A model generated the notes under the pieces. The model had not been told where the DNA came from. It worked only from the letters and a program-made list of their open reading frames with translations, and ran no database searches. Position numbers and translations under genes: made by a program. Positions 13,915 through 25,405 of a DNA stretch of 64,000 nucleotides are shown here, piece by piece (the first letter of the stretch is position 1; each line of letters opens with the position of its first letter). Origin of the DNA: Camelus ferus (Eukaryota); assembly GCF_009834535.1 (NCBI RefSeq), contig NC_045696.1, positions 45,324,001-45,388,000 of the forward strand. Direction: 5' to 3'.

Positions 13915-14510
13915 TATTAGACAGGCTGGGACCTGGGAGCCGGGACTCTTTGCTGCAGTGCTTACACCTGGACAAATGTCTCCTCCAACAGTAGAATACA
14001 AAGAAACTATAAGGGACTAAAAATAACAGTGTGTATGCAGTTGAGGCAAATTATGAACAACAAGATACAAAAAGACTGAAACCAAACTGCCACTTCTGAG
14101 GTGTTGGGAACAAAAGCAAGGTACTGGGGGGTAAGTTACAGCTCAGTGGTAGAGTGTGTGCTTAGCATGCACAAGGTCCTGGGTTCAATCCCCACGACCT
14201 CCATTAAAAATAAATAAATAAATGAACAAAACAAACAAACAAACCTAGTTACCTCCTCCCCTCAAAAAAAACCCAACCAACCAACAAACCAAAAACCCGA
14301 AAACAAAAGCAGGGTACTAAGCATGACCCCTGCACACAGCACTACCAAGGGGGTGGGCAGACCACCGATGCCACCCCTCCAGCCTGGCCCATGGATCCGC
14401 CCCTACCCTCACCCCTTTAAGGGACCAGCTCGCCCCCACCCCCTGGGAGAGAGCAAGGGTACTTGTTACAGCACGAACCCCAGTTTAGCACTGGCCGAAT
14501 TTCTTGTTTA
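13915..14510 (+). mobile_element. ERV1-class LTR (cetartiodactyl-type), 3'-truncated, interrupted by a SINE
   Basis: Starts TATTAGACAGGCTGGGACCTGGG; GC-box-rich U3 (14340-14450); degenerate polyA region; sequence continuous across the SINE TSD. Confidence 0.7.
14126..14301 (+). mobile_element. Vic-1-type camelid SINE (tRNA-Ala(AGC)-derived)
   Basis: tRNA-like head with A box CAGCTCAGTGG, anticodon loop CTTAGCAT, B box GGTTCAATCCC, end CCTCCA; A-rich body and tail; 17-bp TSD AACAAAAGCA(A/G)GGTACT at 14109-14125 and 14302-14318. Confidence 0.9.
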
Positions 14511-14929
14511 GGGGTAAAGGGTTAGGTCTCCAGACTGAACTGGGACCCAGAATAATCTTGAGGCTTTATTATCCAAATCACATTCTATACACATTTGAAT
14601 CCTTCCTAACAAAGGTCATTATTGAAATCATTATTTTTAATTAAGAGCAGTGATCTTCTTATTCCAGAATATTCTATATGTCTAACAGGTACATTTCCCT
14701 TTTAGACTTTCTAAATATGGCACTATTTTCTTGGAAAGAACAAAATCTGAGACTTTACAGATAAAGAAGTACCTGTGAGAATTTCTATTCTGAGGAGCTA
14801 CAGCAAAAAACAGAAAGCAGTTATATTGGTGGATTTCCTAGAAAGTTGTCCAGTGCTTGAGATAGTTCTGCAGCCCATGTACTACTTGTAAACTATGTAT
14901 GTGTGAGGTCTTCGTTCTAGTACACAATG

Positions 14930-15125
14930 CTTTAAACTGGAAGCTAAAAAACAAGGTTCTAATCTCAGTCCTAACCTACACATGGTGTGTGGCCCTAGGC
15001 AAATCAATTAACTTTTGTCAGCTTATTTACACTTAAAATCAATATGCTAAAACCCACTATCTGCTAGCCCTAAAATAATTCTGCGAGAATAAAAATAGAT
15101 GGACATTTTAAAGAGATTTGAACAC
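14930..15125 (+). mobile_element. MIR SINE (degenerate)
   Basis: GGTTCTAATCTCAGTCC...GTGTGGCCCTAGGCAAATCAATTAAC. Confidence 0.55.
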
Positions 15126-15514
15126 AATAGCCAAAAAAAGACATTACTTTAGAGAAATCATATGTGTAAAGAATTTCATGATTACTGGCAAGAAATGATG
15201 AATTTCATTTGTCATGACTGCCAGTAAGCAGGCATTTTCTGTTTTTATTTTTTGGGAGGACATGATAAGATGTAACAATAAACATGGCCCCAGGGAAAAA
15301 ACTGCATTGACAATAGCTCCTTCTGGACTCGCTAACGATAAGCAAATATTATTTCAGTGGAGACTGACTAAAAACCTAGAGGGAATTTGAAAAACATTTA
15401 ACCCTCAAGAAGGATAAATTTATTACATTTCTTGGAGTGTTCTAGGAAATTCTGTAATCAAAATACTGAAAGGCTGGTATCCCTTTTCTCTTTGTCCCAC
15501 TATGCTTATGTCTT

Positions 15515-15625
15515 ACTAGGTCTCTTTAAGAAAAAGGACTCAGTCATCTTCATCCTGCAGATTCTTTTTATACATAGACCATGCCAAGCACTTAACAGGT
15601 ACTCAATCCATGCTAACTCATTGGA
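15515..15625 (+). mobile_element. LINE-2 3' end fragment
   Basis: CATGCCAAGCACTTAACAGGTACTCAATCCATG tail motif. Confidence 0.5.
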
Positions 15626-16519
15626 ATTCTGACATATTATATTAACTCGATTGTGGTGAGGTAGTGAGGGGAAGAACAGAGCCATTTGCTATGTTTGGGA
15701 AGAGCATGGGTTAGAAAGTAGAGCTCTGCTCTTTGAGCAATAATAGAATTATCTAGTCCTTCAGAAAGGGAAAAGGGAAGGAAGAAAATGTATCCTTGGG
15801 CTATTACAAACATTATTTTCTTAGGTAATTTATTATAAAAGCTTCTTTCTCAAGTCATAATGTACAAGAATTCTACTGTTGCAAATCTATAGAGGGACTA
15901 GTACTTATTTTACTTATTTCTAGCCTCTTTGAGAATCAGCCATATTTCTAACACTCTGGTTACCACTTTATATCCTTACAATAAATACAATCCCCTTCGT
16001 TAACCCTGTCATTTTCTCAAATTACCATGTTTGTTCATTAAAATCAATTTTCAAATCTAAGGATTCTAAAATTTTTGCTCGTTTATTAGTGTCAGTCCTC
16101 GTAGAATTTAAGTTCCAAGAGATCAGAGACCTAGCTTATCTTATACTGATATGTATGCATGTATAGATGTGTATACATGACATGTATACATAAATGTGTG
16201 CTTTTTGAATAAATAAAAGAAGAAAGGGGAAATTGGAGTAATTAGCTGATTTCCTCAATTATACATAGCAAGCCAGTATAACAGCTAGACCTAGAACCAT
16301 GTTCCCTAGTTTGTAGTCCTGTGCTCTTTCTACTATATTATATACTGCTTCTCTTTTGGATGTCTGTATCTATCTATGTTTAGACCTGAATATCAATATC
16401 TACATTTATGTATTTGTTTCTATGTCTATCAGGTAAGAGGCCAAAAACATACGTTTCCTTCTCAATGAAGCTCTGAAACAGTACATTCAAGGCTGGCCAC
16501 CTCTTATTTAAAACAAAAC

Positions 16520-16770
16520 AATTTTAAAAGAAAGAAAGAAACAAATCTGGAGTGAACTCAGAAGAGAAACAAGAGCCTCTGGAGGCTGGAGAGAATGATT
16601 TACGAGAAGAGGCCAAAAGAACAAAAAAGAGCAGAGGAATAGAGTATAGTTCCTCAATGATTATCTCAGAACGCAGACAAAACACAGAGGAGAACAGGAA
16701 AAAAAGAGGAAGGAAGGAAAGAAAGAAAGAAAGGAAGGAAGAAAACCAAAAACAGTATAACATGAAATAG
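16520..16770. repeat. A/G-rich low-complexity tract with (GAAA)/(GGAA) units
   Basis: Purine-rich run; explains the Lys/Arg/Glu-rich ORF 16552-16770 and the Phe-rich antisense ORFs. Confidence 0.75.
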
Positions 16771-17848
16771 AACAGTAGAACACTATTAATCCACATATAT
16801 AAACACAAAATCCTTGCAATATTAGAGATTTCTTAGCACCAAATTCATAGTAAATATGAATATTTATGCTGAAGTTGACCACCACCATTGAGACAAAGGA
16901 AAATAACAATGACTAAAAATAATTTCTGGTATAATGGTTTTTATTTCCATGTTGAATTTTTTCAAATAGTATTTAATTTTCACAGCACTTCCCATTCCCT
17001 ATAGGGTGCCTCACAAAATAAAAAAGAGCTACTGTAACTAAATCCAATACAAATGGGGGAAAAAAAAAAAAAAACGCGAACTAGGCTTAACACCAAGACA
17101 ATTTTTCTGGAGTGAATTTACCAAGTTGTGAAATAATCCTCCAAATGAAGTAATTTTGCTTAATTTTCAAAAGAACAAAGCTGACCCTTAGTGACTTCAG
17201 AACATTTTACTTCTTTGAAAATTTTCAAAAATTTTCAAACTAATGTCTTCTTTGAACCAATGAATTCTAATGAGAACTTTTACCTTTCTTAATTTCAAGG
17301 ATAAAAGAATTTGAAGAGGAAATAATGAAGCAAAGAGCTGGTTTCAAAAATCATTTCCTCTCTTCTAGCAGAGAAGGCCATTGATCTTTTGGGAAGGGAG
17401 TTTTTAAGTGAAAAAGACATGTATCTTTGATTTAAAAGGTTTAGTCACATTTAAGATTTAAAAAATATTATTCATTTTTATTGTTTACTTAGAAAAATGA
17501 AATTAGGGAGCTGTATATATACTACAGTGGGAGAATCAGGATTGCTAATTTTATGTACATTATTTTCACTGTACTCCTTATAGAAAGGTACTAAGCAATG
17601 TAGAACCTGATTTGTAGATAATTTTCAAAAGTATTTATGACAGCCATTTTAAAACTATTTTAATTTCAGCAGTCCCTGCTTATATTTTGTCAAACATTTT
17701 TAGATGAGAGAACTAAAAAGTTATAATATTTGAAAATCTTAAGAGATTTATTTAAATTATTATTTCATTCACAACTGTTCATTTAAAAAATATTTATTAC
17801 AAAGAAAAAGTAAAATAATGTCCTATGTGAGTAATTTGGAAAATTTTC

Positions 17849-18032
17849 GTGTGACAATGAATATATGTATCTTCATGTATAATTGAAAAATTGTGCTCTA
17901 CACTGGAATTTGACACAACATTGCAGAATGCCTGTAACTTGGTAGAAAAATGTTAAAGAAAAATAAAAAAATTAAAAAATAAAAAATAAAAAGGAGAAAA
18001 CATTTCTCAAAAAAAAAAAAAAAAGAAAAGAA
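17849..18032 (+). mobile_element. Young (camelid-type) LINE-1 3' end with double A-tail
   Basis: TGAAAAATTGTGCTCTACACTGGAATTTGACACAACATTG...; homologous to 54050-54113; 9-bp TSD AAAATTTTC at 17840-17848 and 18033-18041. Confidence 0.85.
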
Positions 18033-18209
18033 AAAATTTTCTTCTTTGTTTACAGAACATGGAGACAAGCTGGTGCTCATTCAAGTATCTTCAGCCCTTT
18101 TGGACATTCCAATTTCTGCTTCTCATTTTCTCACTTTATCAAAAAAATTATCCACTAATGTTTTTTTGCACATCTACTCCATCCTAGTCATTGTCCCAGC
18201 TTGTTGCTA

Positions 18210-18749
18210 CGTGGCAACCAGCCTCCAGGATAGTTCCCAATGATTCCTGCCTCCTAGCATTCATGCCCTAGATAGTCCTTCCCACATTTTGTCAGTCTGT
18301 TTCTGTGAACGATGGAGTATGGCAGAGCGAAAGTGTGTGACTTCCAAGCTTAGGTCATGAAATACATTGTGATTTCTGCCTTATTCTCTCTTGGGCCATT
18401 TGTTCAGTGTAAGGGCAACAACTACCTAAGGAGGATACTCAAGGCATCCAGTGGAGAGGTCCACGTAGTGAAGAACTAAGTCTTCCTGCAGACAGCCAGC
18501 ACCGACTTGCCAGCTATGAGAGTCGGGTATCTTGGCTTGAAGCCTTCCTTGCCTAGTTAAATGTACAGATGACTACAATCCCAGCCAACACCTTGGCTGC
18601 AACCTCTTAAGAGCGACCTCAAAATAGAATCTCCCATCTATGTTGCTCCCAAAGTCCTGACCCAGAAAAACTATCAGAGAAGAAACGTTTATTCTTGTCT
18701 TAAGCTATTAAATTATAATTTTTTGACACAGCAACAGATAATGGACACA
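18210..18749 (+). mobile_element. MaLR solo LTR (MLT1F-like)
   Basis: Starts (C)GTGGCAACCAGCCTCCAGGAT, ends CAGCAACAGATAATGGACACA; ~540 bp; 5-bp TSD-like TGCTA / GCCTA. Confidence 0.85.
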
Positions 18750-19688
18750 GCCTATGTTATCACATGAGAAAAAAATTAATGTGTTAAATAATTAGTGTTT
18801 TGAAAGATAACAAAGAAAAGTATGTACTAGAAGGACCTTAGCCTATCACCTTGTGTTTAGATCCAGGAAAAAAAAAATGGATTCTCAAACTTTGCAACAT
18901 TCTCATCAGAAAACAATAAAGTTTTCATTGTTTAGTTACTGTAAACAATTATCAAAATGAAGAATTTTACTGTTGTTTTGCTATTATTAATAATTTGCTT
19001 TGAACAATATTAAGACCTTAAACTGCCTGTATGTTTTCAAAGTACTGAAATATATCTCTTAGATAGTCTAAGAAAGGAATGAACCCAAACTGACAGCAAT
19101 ATTACTTCCCCTAAGAGTTGCAACTGATTGCAGCCAGACTCTATGAGGAGGGTATCAAGGTCTGATTTCTACTCAGTTATTTTCTGTGGAAGGGGATGTG
19201 CTAGCAGTAAAATGGATGCAAAAAAAAAAAAAAAAAGAGGCAGACTTTCTTAATCAAACCTATACTTGTTACCTGTTCTGCAAGAGTCTATGAAAAATCC
19301 CCAAATGGGGCCTGAGTCTCTGTATCAGCAACAAACTTTGTTGCTCATTAAGTGACGGTTCTACAAAATTCCTGTCTCCTTCTGAGATAGGCTCGGTGTC
19401 TGCACTAAGACAGAATATGTAATATCTATACATCCTCTGCTTAAAAAAGCTCTTTGTTTAGAAATCACATTGGCTAATTGTTTAACGTTTCTGTAAATGA
19501 GTAAGAAGACACTCCTCCTCAGTGTCTCAAATGAGTAATAAAGCTGTCACAGAATGTCCTGTGGAAAGTGTTAAAAGGGTCAGAACACCCACTTAGAGTG
19601 GCCACCTGGTCTGGCTGTCAGATCTCAGCTACATCATAGTCAATCCCTTCGGCATGCACATTCATCTCTGTAACTCTTCATGTCAGGC

Positions 19689-19730
19689 CTATTTATAAAG
19701 AGTCCCACCTTGTGGAGGAGGGGAGGCAGG
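19689..19730 (-). promoter_or_regulatory. Candidate TATA box (TATAAATA on minus strand; also a MEF2-type site) with upstream GC/GA box
   Basis: CTATTTATAA at 19689-19698 next to GGAGGAGGGGAGGCAGGG in non-repeat sequence; motif match only. Confidence 0.2.
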
Positions 19731-21080
19731 GAGAGGCACATCTGGTAATAATGGCTATTGCTAAGTTTTTCATCTTAGTCATAAATTTAGAGAGAATCAA
19801 GACCCTCCTAAATGGTCTCTTTATCATTGCATTCTTTAATTTCTTCCTCAGTTAAATAAAAAACAGTACTGTTTTCCCCAGAGCTAACAAGTCACACAAC
19901 ATTTAATTCATTTGTTAGGCTTTTCTTTAAAGTGCAAATACTGACTTCATCGGTTAGGTCCATCAATAACTTACATTCTGGGTAAATTACTATGACCAGA
20001 ATATGAATATGTGTTCTAACAAGTTAGAAGAGGATAGATATTCTGCCCCCCGGGGAGACTTAGAGGAGCACTGTGTCGCACCGTGGGAGGAGAGGCGAGT
20101 GTGCGCTGTCTCTGTGGAAGCTTCAGGACAGTCACAAACCACATGAGGACAGTGAACATTTGGGTGTGGGAGGTGAGAGGAGAGAAGGCCCCAAGCTGTG
20201 AGAGAAGTAGGCAGAACAAAGTTAGTTAAGGAAAGGTAAATTGCACCAGCTTGAAAACTGTGCCCAAGATTCAGGTGGTGGTAATTGCTATAAAAAGGTT
20301 TTAAATGACAGAGGAGAAATTCTAACTGAATCTTGCTTTGGGCATCAAGAGTACAAGAAAGGGACTGTACTATCTTCACTTTGTCATTTCCCTGTTACCT
20401 CTCTGAACCATCAGAATGTGGATACTCAGAACCAAAGGCATTCTAGCAGTCTTCCACTTGTTCAGGCATACCTGGGTGGAGTTTTAATGAAATATGAAAT
20501 AGTCATTCTACCTGCCCTTGGGAGTGTCCTCAGGAATCAGAGGAATAAAGAGATGAGAAGCCAGAAAACAGGGCCTTAAAGTTGGAATTTGTTCAAATCC
20601 AGGCCACCCTCTGGGCTAATATGCCTATCAAAGCAAATTTTCTCACTAATATGGTTTCAAAACTAGTCTTAAAAGCCCTTGTTAGGGACCTGGTCATTGT
20701 TTTACTAGGTCCTCAGTCAGTGTGAAGCGCTGAGGTTGACATGTCAGCAATGCATGAAGAATGGAGAAAATTCACTCCTGGTGCATCCCGAGTATTGTTA
20801 AGCATTCCTGCTTGCATTCTGGCTTACTTAGCGATAAAAATTTATTTACTCTATCCATAAAACTTGTCTCTGGCTACCCAGGGAAGTCTCCATTCAGGCT
20901 GGCTCTGTGAGAGGAATACTGAAGGAATACTTGATGAGCAGTGCCTTTCCCTTTTCTGGAGAGCTACTTCAGTGGGCAATGAAGTCATTTTGTTCAATTG
21001 CCCTCTGCTTCCTTCACATGAAGAAATCTCCCCAAATCCCAGGGGAAAAATAACCTTTAAAAAGCATTTGTCTAGATTTA

Positions 21081-21998
21081 CATTCAATTCATATTCATAC
21101 ATTCATTTCAGAAATGCTTATGGAGTACCTCCTAGGTACCAGACACCATTCTAGCACTGCGGATATAATACTGAATAAAATCTATGGTATTAAGGAGGAT
21201 AAATTCTAATGAGAGAAACAGAATGTATGTGTGTATATACACACATGTTATTTATGTAAATGCAAGTATATGTACAGAAAAACACATATACTCCTAAGTA
21301 GTAAGTAGGCTCTACAGGAAAAAAGTAAAGAAAAATGGAATTAGGAGTGCTGATGGTATGATGAGAAAAGAGTTTTATTTTAATTTCTTTAGACTGGTCA
21401 CAGAAGGCTGGCATTTGAGCTAAAAGAAGTAAGAGAACATGTAAGAAAGGTATCTAGTGGAAGAAACTTCTAGGTAGAAGAAAGAAAAACGAAGACCCTA
21501 AGAGGAGAGCACACTTGGTTTGTTTCAGCAACAGCAAGGAACCCAGTGTGGCTGACAGTGCGTAGGGAAGAGAGAAGTCAGGAGCGGAAGAAGGCAGATC
21601 TTATAGGACCTTACAGGCCGTCGTGGACTCTGGCTTTTCCTTTGATTGAATTGGGAGAGTTCTTAGTGGGAGAGTTCATGATCTGACTTACACCCGAAAA
21701 CATCTCTCTGGCTACTGCGGAGATCGCAATTTGAGTACGTGTGAAAGAAGAAGGGAGGGGAGGACTGAAGCAGGGAGACAGTTTTAATTATCTGAAGGAG
21801 AGATGGTGAACTAGGACTGTGATGGTGGAGAGGGTGAGAACTCATTGGTTCTAGATGTATCTTGGAGGCAGAGCTAATAGAATTTGCTGACATACTGGCT
21901 GTAGGGTTGGAGAAAAAGTGAGTAAAGGATGACTCTTTAGTATTTATCCTGAGCAACAGCAGGATTAACAATCTATTAACAAGATGGAGAATACTGAG
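21081..21998 (-). mobile_element. LINE-2 (L2a-like) 3' region
   Basis: (CATT)n-like tail at 21081; GAGTACCTCCTAGGTACCAGACACCATTCTAG; purine-rich L2 body. Confidence 0.85.
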
Positions 21999-22175
21999 CA
22001 CTTACCGTGTGCCAGGCATACTGTGAAACTAGTGAATGATTGAGGTAGAACTGAAACCATTGTAACAGACACTTTTTTTGGTGCCCAACAGGCACTAACT
22101 GCTCTCACCTCTAATTACAAGGAAAGAATATGTGATGCTTGGGGCAAAATGGACTATTTTGTGACGATGAGGTGA

Positions 22176-22658
22176 CGTATCAGTCAGAGTTTAGGCAAGT
22201 ATCATATGGCACATGCAAATGTGGTAATTGAAAGTTGAATAAAATATGAGCAAGATAAAAGAGAATTGTAAGGAATAGCTAGCATCTTGGGCTTGCGGTT
22301 GCTGGGCGCCATTACCATTAGTGGGCTTGAAGATGCAAGAGGAGGACGTGTTCATCAGAACACAAAGGGGTTGTTAACGATAGCCTGAGGGGAGAAGGTA
22401 CCCTACAGGAGCTGTCATCAGGGACATGGGTGGAGGAACTCAGGCTCTTACAAAGCTTAGCCTAAAATGGAAAGACCCAGGTGAATAAAAACCATAACCT
22501 CCCACTCTTCTTGCACTTAGAACTCCTGCTGGCATTACTCAACTGGAAGCCAAAGGGCAGGGAGATCCAGTTGGTGTCATCCATAGAAAGTATCTTGCCC
22601 AGGAACAGAACAGGAAGGAAATATGTTGATATGAGGTGCAGTAGAGAATACCCAATAC
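22176..22658 (-). mobile_element. ERVL LTR (LTR33-like) nested in MLT1
   Basis: Begins GTATCAGTCAGAG; characteristic CAACTGGAAGCCAAAGGGCAGGGAGATCCAGTTGGTGTCATCCATAG. Confidence 0.65.
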
Positions 22659-22785
22659 TAAGCTTAGAGAAAAGAAGAGAACATGGAAGATTACGAACGG
22701 AAAAGTAGAAACAAATCTTAAGTCCTTGATGATGTTCTTGTGCTACCACACAGCATCTGAACAGGTGAACTACATCTCTGGCACC

Positions 22786-23335
22786 TTTTTTCTTTTGATA
22801 TAATTTTATATTTATAGAGAAATTACAAAAATAGCAGAGAGTTCCTGTGTACCCTTCACCCAGCTCTTCCCAATGTTAACATCTTGCATACCCATAATAA
22901 AGTTACCAAATTAAGAATTAATGTTGGTATAATACTATTAATTACACTGTAGATTGTATTTAGATTTTTCCAGTTTTTCTGCAATTGTCTTTCTTTTTTT
23001 TTCCAGGATCCACTGCAAGTTACTATATTGAATTTAATTATTATGTCTCTTAGTCTCCTTCAATGTGTGACAATTTCTCAAGTCTTTCCTTGCTTTTTGT
23101 AACCTTCACACTTTGGAAGACTACGAGTCAACTATTTAGTAGAATGTCCTACAATTTAAATTTATTGGATGTTTTCTCATAATTAGACTATACATTTTTG
23201 GCCAGAAAAACCGAGTCCCTTACAGTGTATTATATCAGAGGGTACAAGATGTTAATGTTTTACTACCTAATTACTAATATGTCAATGCATATTATAGTGA
23301 CTTTGATCTCTTAGTTTGCACAGTCTCAGACAGGT
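22786..23335 (-). mobile_element. Ancient LINE-1 3' end (L1MC4/5-like) nested in MLT1
   Basis: T-tail then GAGTTCCTGTGTACCCTTCACCCAGC...AATGTTAACATCTT...TTCCAGGATCC. Confidence 0.8.
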
Positions 23336-24164
23336 ATAGACTTCTTTTATGTGAAATGATTAAATATTTGTATTATTTAAACCCCTGTCAGTTGTTAATA
23401 TCTTACTTGCAGATGGATACATCCTAACAAATACACCAATCCTCCTACCTATTTTCGTATTCCCAAGGGTACTTCATCTACTGACTGACAAAGTGAGTAA
23501 CAATCAAGAGTCCTTGAATTATATGTTTAAGACCTGTGCATACAGTCAATTTATGGAAAACCAAAGTAGCAGAATTGCCTTTTCATCTCCTTGACTTTAA
23601 ATTTCTTAAAACTAAATGGTAAATGTATGATTTATACACGAAAATATTTAATGATGAAATTAAAAAACCAAAAGTTAGGAAGAATTCGAGTAATTATTAA
23701 TCTAATAGAGTAATTAACCTCGTGTATAATTACAGAATTTTCTTTGCCAATTTTAATGATGACTATCTGTTACTTCAACACTTTGTAGCGAGCACAGTAC
23801 ATTGCAAGTAACTCTGTTTGGGCAGCTATCTCTATTTCATTTTTAACTCTTCTTCATGCTGAGCTAAAATCTGTCTCACTATTATTTGTTCCAATAACTC
23901 TATCCACTTGGACCTTTGGGAAAAAAAATCCAAAACTACTCTTCCAAAGGCAGCCTTAAAACATTTTAAATAGCTAACTGTGTCTCATAAAACTAGTTAT
24001 TAGGATGAGACCAAGGAAAGAACTCTGTGGTACTACACCTCTTCCACTCATGTTGGCATCAACTGATTAACCAACCCTGTTTCTGTACAGTTATCTCTAA
24101 ATCCACTTAAGTATTGTTATGCATACCCACCGCCTTATCTTTTTCAAGAAGACATCTTAAGAGT

Positions 24165-24588
24165 GAATTAGAGAACCACTAAAGAACAAATTCCCCAAGT
24201 TTCAGTAATGTAAAATAGAATTTTACTTTTTACTGAAAAAAGAAATCTAAAACTGGTGTTTTCTGTAGGCAGATGACTCCCTTCCATCTGCAATCCAGGG
24301 ATCCAGGGTACTTATATTTTGTGGCTCTGTCATCCGCTAGGGCCTGCTGGGTAAAGTGCATAGAAGAAAGAATTCCTGCTTCTTAAAAGCTCTCTCTGGA
24401 AATTATATATAAATATAAATATATACAATTTTCAGTCATATGTCATTGACAAAAACTTGTCACATGGCCACATCAAGAAGAAAGGAGCATGGGAAATAAA
24501 ATCACAGTGGGCAGGCACCTCCTAGGGATATGTCCAGAATATAGAGGCAAAGTTCTTATGTTTGTCCAAGCGTTAGCTGCCTTTCACA
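24165..24588 (-). mobile_element. MaLR LTR (MLT1J/K-like)
   Basis: ACAAATTCCCCAAGTTTCAGT...CAGGGATCCAGG...TGTCACATGGCCACATC...TTTCACA. Confidence 0.65.
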
Positions 24589-24663
24589 GGTGGCTTTGTT
24601 AAGCATTTTCTGAAATACAGATATACTGTATCTGGGGTATTTCTCTGACCTAATGTTCTAATG

Positions 24664-24982
24664 CAGGGGTCTGCAAACTTTTTTTGTAAAGAGCCCAACA
24701 GAAAACATTTTAGCTGCAGCTCATGTGATCTCTATTGCAACTAGTCAACCATGTCACCTTGGGAAAGCTGCCTTAGACATAACGCAATGTGGCTGTGTCT
24801 CAATTAAATTTTATTTATGGACATGGAAATTTGATTTTATATAATTTTCAGAGGGTATAAAATATCTTTTTTGATTTTTTTCCAACCATTTAAAAATGTA
24901 AAAATTTTCTTGGTTCTCAGGGCATGTACAACAATGGGCTACAGGCAGATGTAACCCATAAGCTTTAGATGGCTGACCCTCA
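24664..24982 (+). mobile_element. MER58B-like hAT-Charlie element
   Basis: TIRs CAGGGGTCTGCAAAC ... GATGGCTGACCCTCA; Charlie-type target flanks TTCTAATG / ATCTAGCA. Confidence 0.85.
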
Positions 24983-25174
24983 ATCTAGCATTACTCTTTA
25001 TAAAGAAAGTGACTTTGACATATTATGATTTGATTTTAGTGAATACTTGCTAAGTCTTAATACTCACTTATTTTCCCCCAAAGTTCTGATAAATCATTTA
25101 CTCATCAGAATGTATTCTGGAAATCACATGGTATTTAATTCAACTCAGCAAGGGGATTTCATACTGTATTACTT

Positions 25175-25405
25175 GTAGCTGCAATTTATGAAGCACCTAT
25201 GAAGTACAATCACTTTACATATATTATTTTAGCTCTTCAAAAATACCCCACTACACAGCAGTCACCACTCCCACTTTATCATTGAAGATATCAAGGCTCA
25301 AAATAGCTAAGAAGTATTTTGATCGTATTTCACACAACAAGAAATGGAAAAGCCAGGTTTCAAACCCAAGCTGGATAACCAACCTGTGTTCTTCTCATCA
25401 CACCA
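25175..25405 (-). mobile_element. MIR SINE
   Basis: Near full-length degenerate MIR (ATTTATGAAGCACC ... AGCCAGGTTTCAAACCCAAG). Confidence 0.7.

Larger units (their letters stand above)
22061..23435 (+). mobile_element. Old MaLR LTR (MLT1I/J/K-like) split into three pieces by two insertions
   Basis: TG start (TGTAACAGAC); internal AAGTCCTTGATGATG; 3' end TTACTTGCAGATGGATACATCCTAACAAATACA. Confidence 0.6.
23745..25120 (-). mobile_element. L3/CR1 LINE fragments interrupted by MLT1 and MER58B
   Basis: TTCTTCATGCTGAGCTAAAATCTG, GGCAGCCTTAAAACATTTTAAATAGC, TTTTCTGAAATACAGATATACTG, GATTTGATTTTAGTGAA motifs of antisense CR1. Confidence 0.55.

Noticed and set aside
14126..14203. tRNA-Ala-like sequence (also at ~40583-40662, minus)
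   Set aside because: Acceptor stem is disrupted and the sequence is followed by a SINE body, A-tail and TSD, so it is a SINE head rather than a tRNA gene.
16524..16909. Charged or Phe-rich ORFs on both strands
   Set aside because: Artefact of an A/G-rich low-complexity tract.
17214..17229. 16-bp palindrome TTTGAAAATTTTCAAA
   Set aside because: Low-complexity AT-rich palindrome expected by chance or slippage; no associated structure.
19990..20379. Longest ORF in the track (129 aa, minus)
   Set aside because: Non-ATG start, no recognisable domain and no splice context I can support; the length is compatible with chance.
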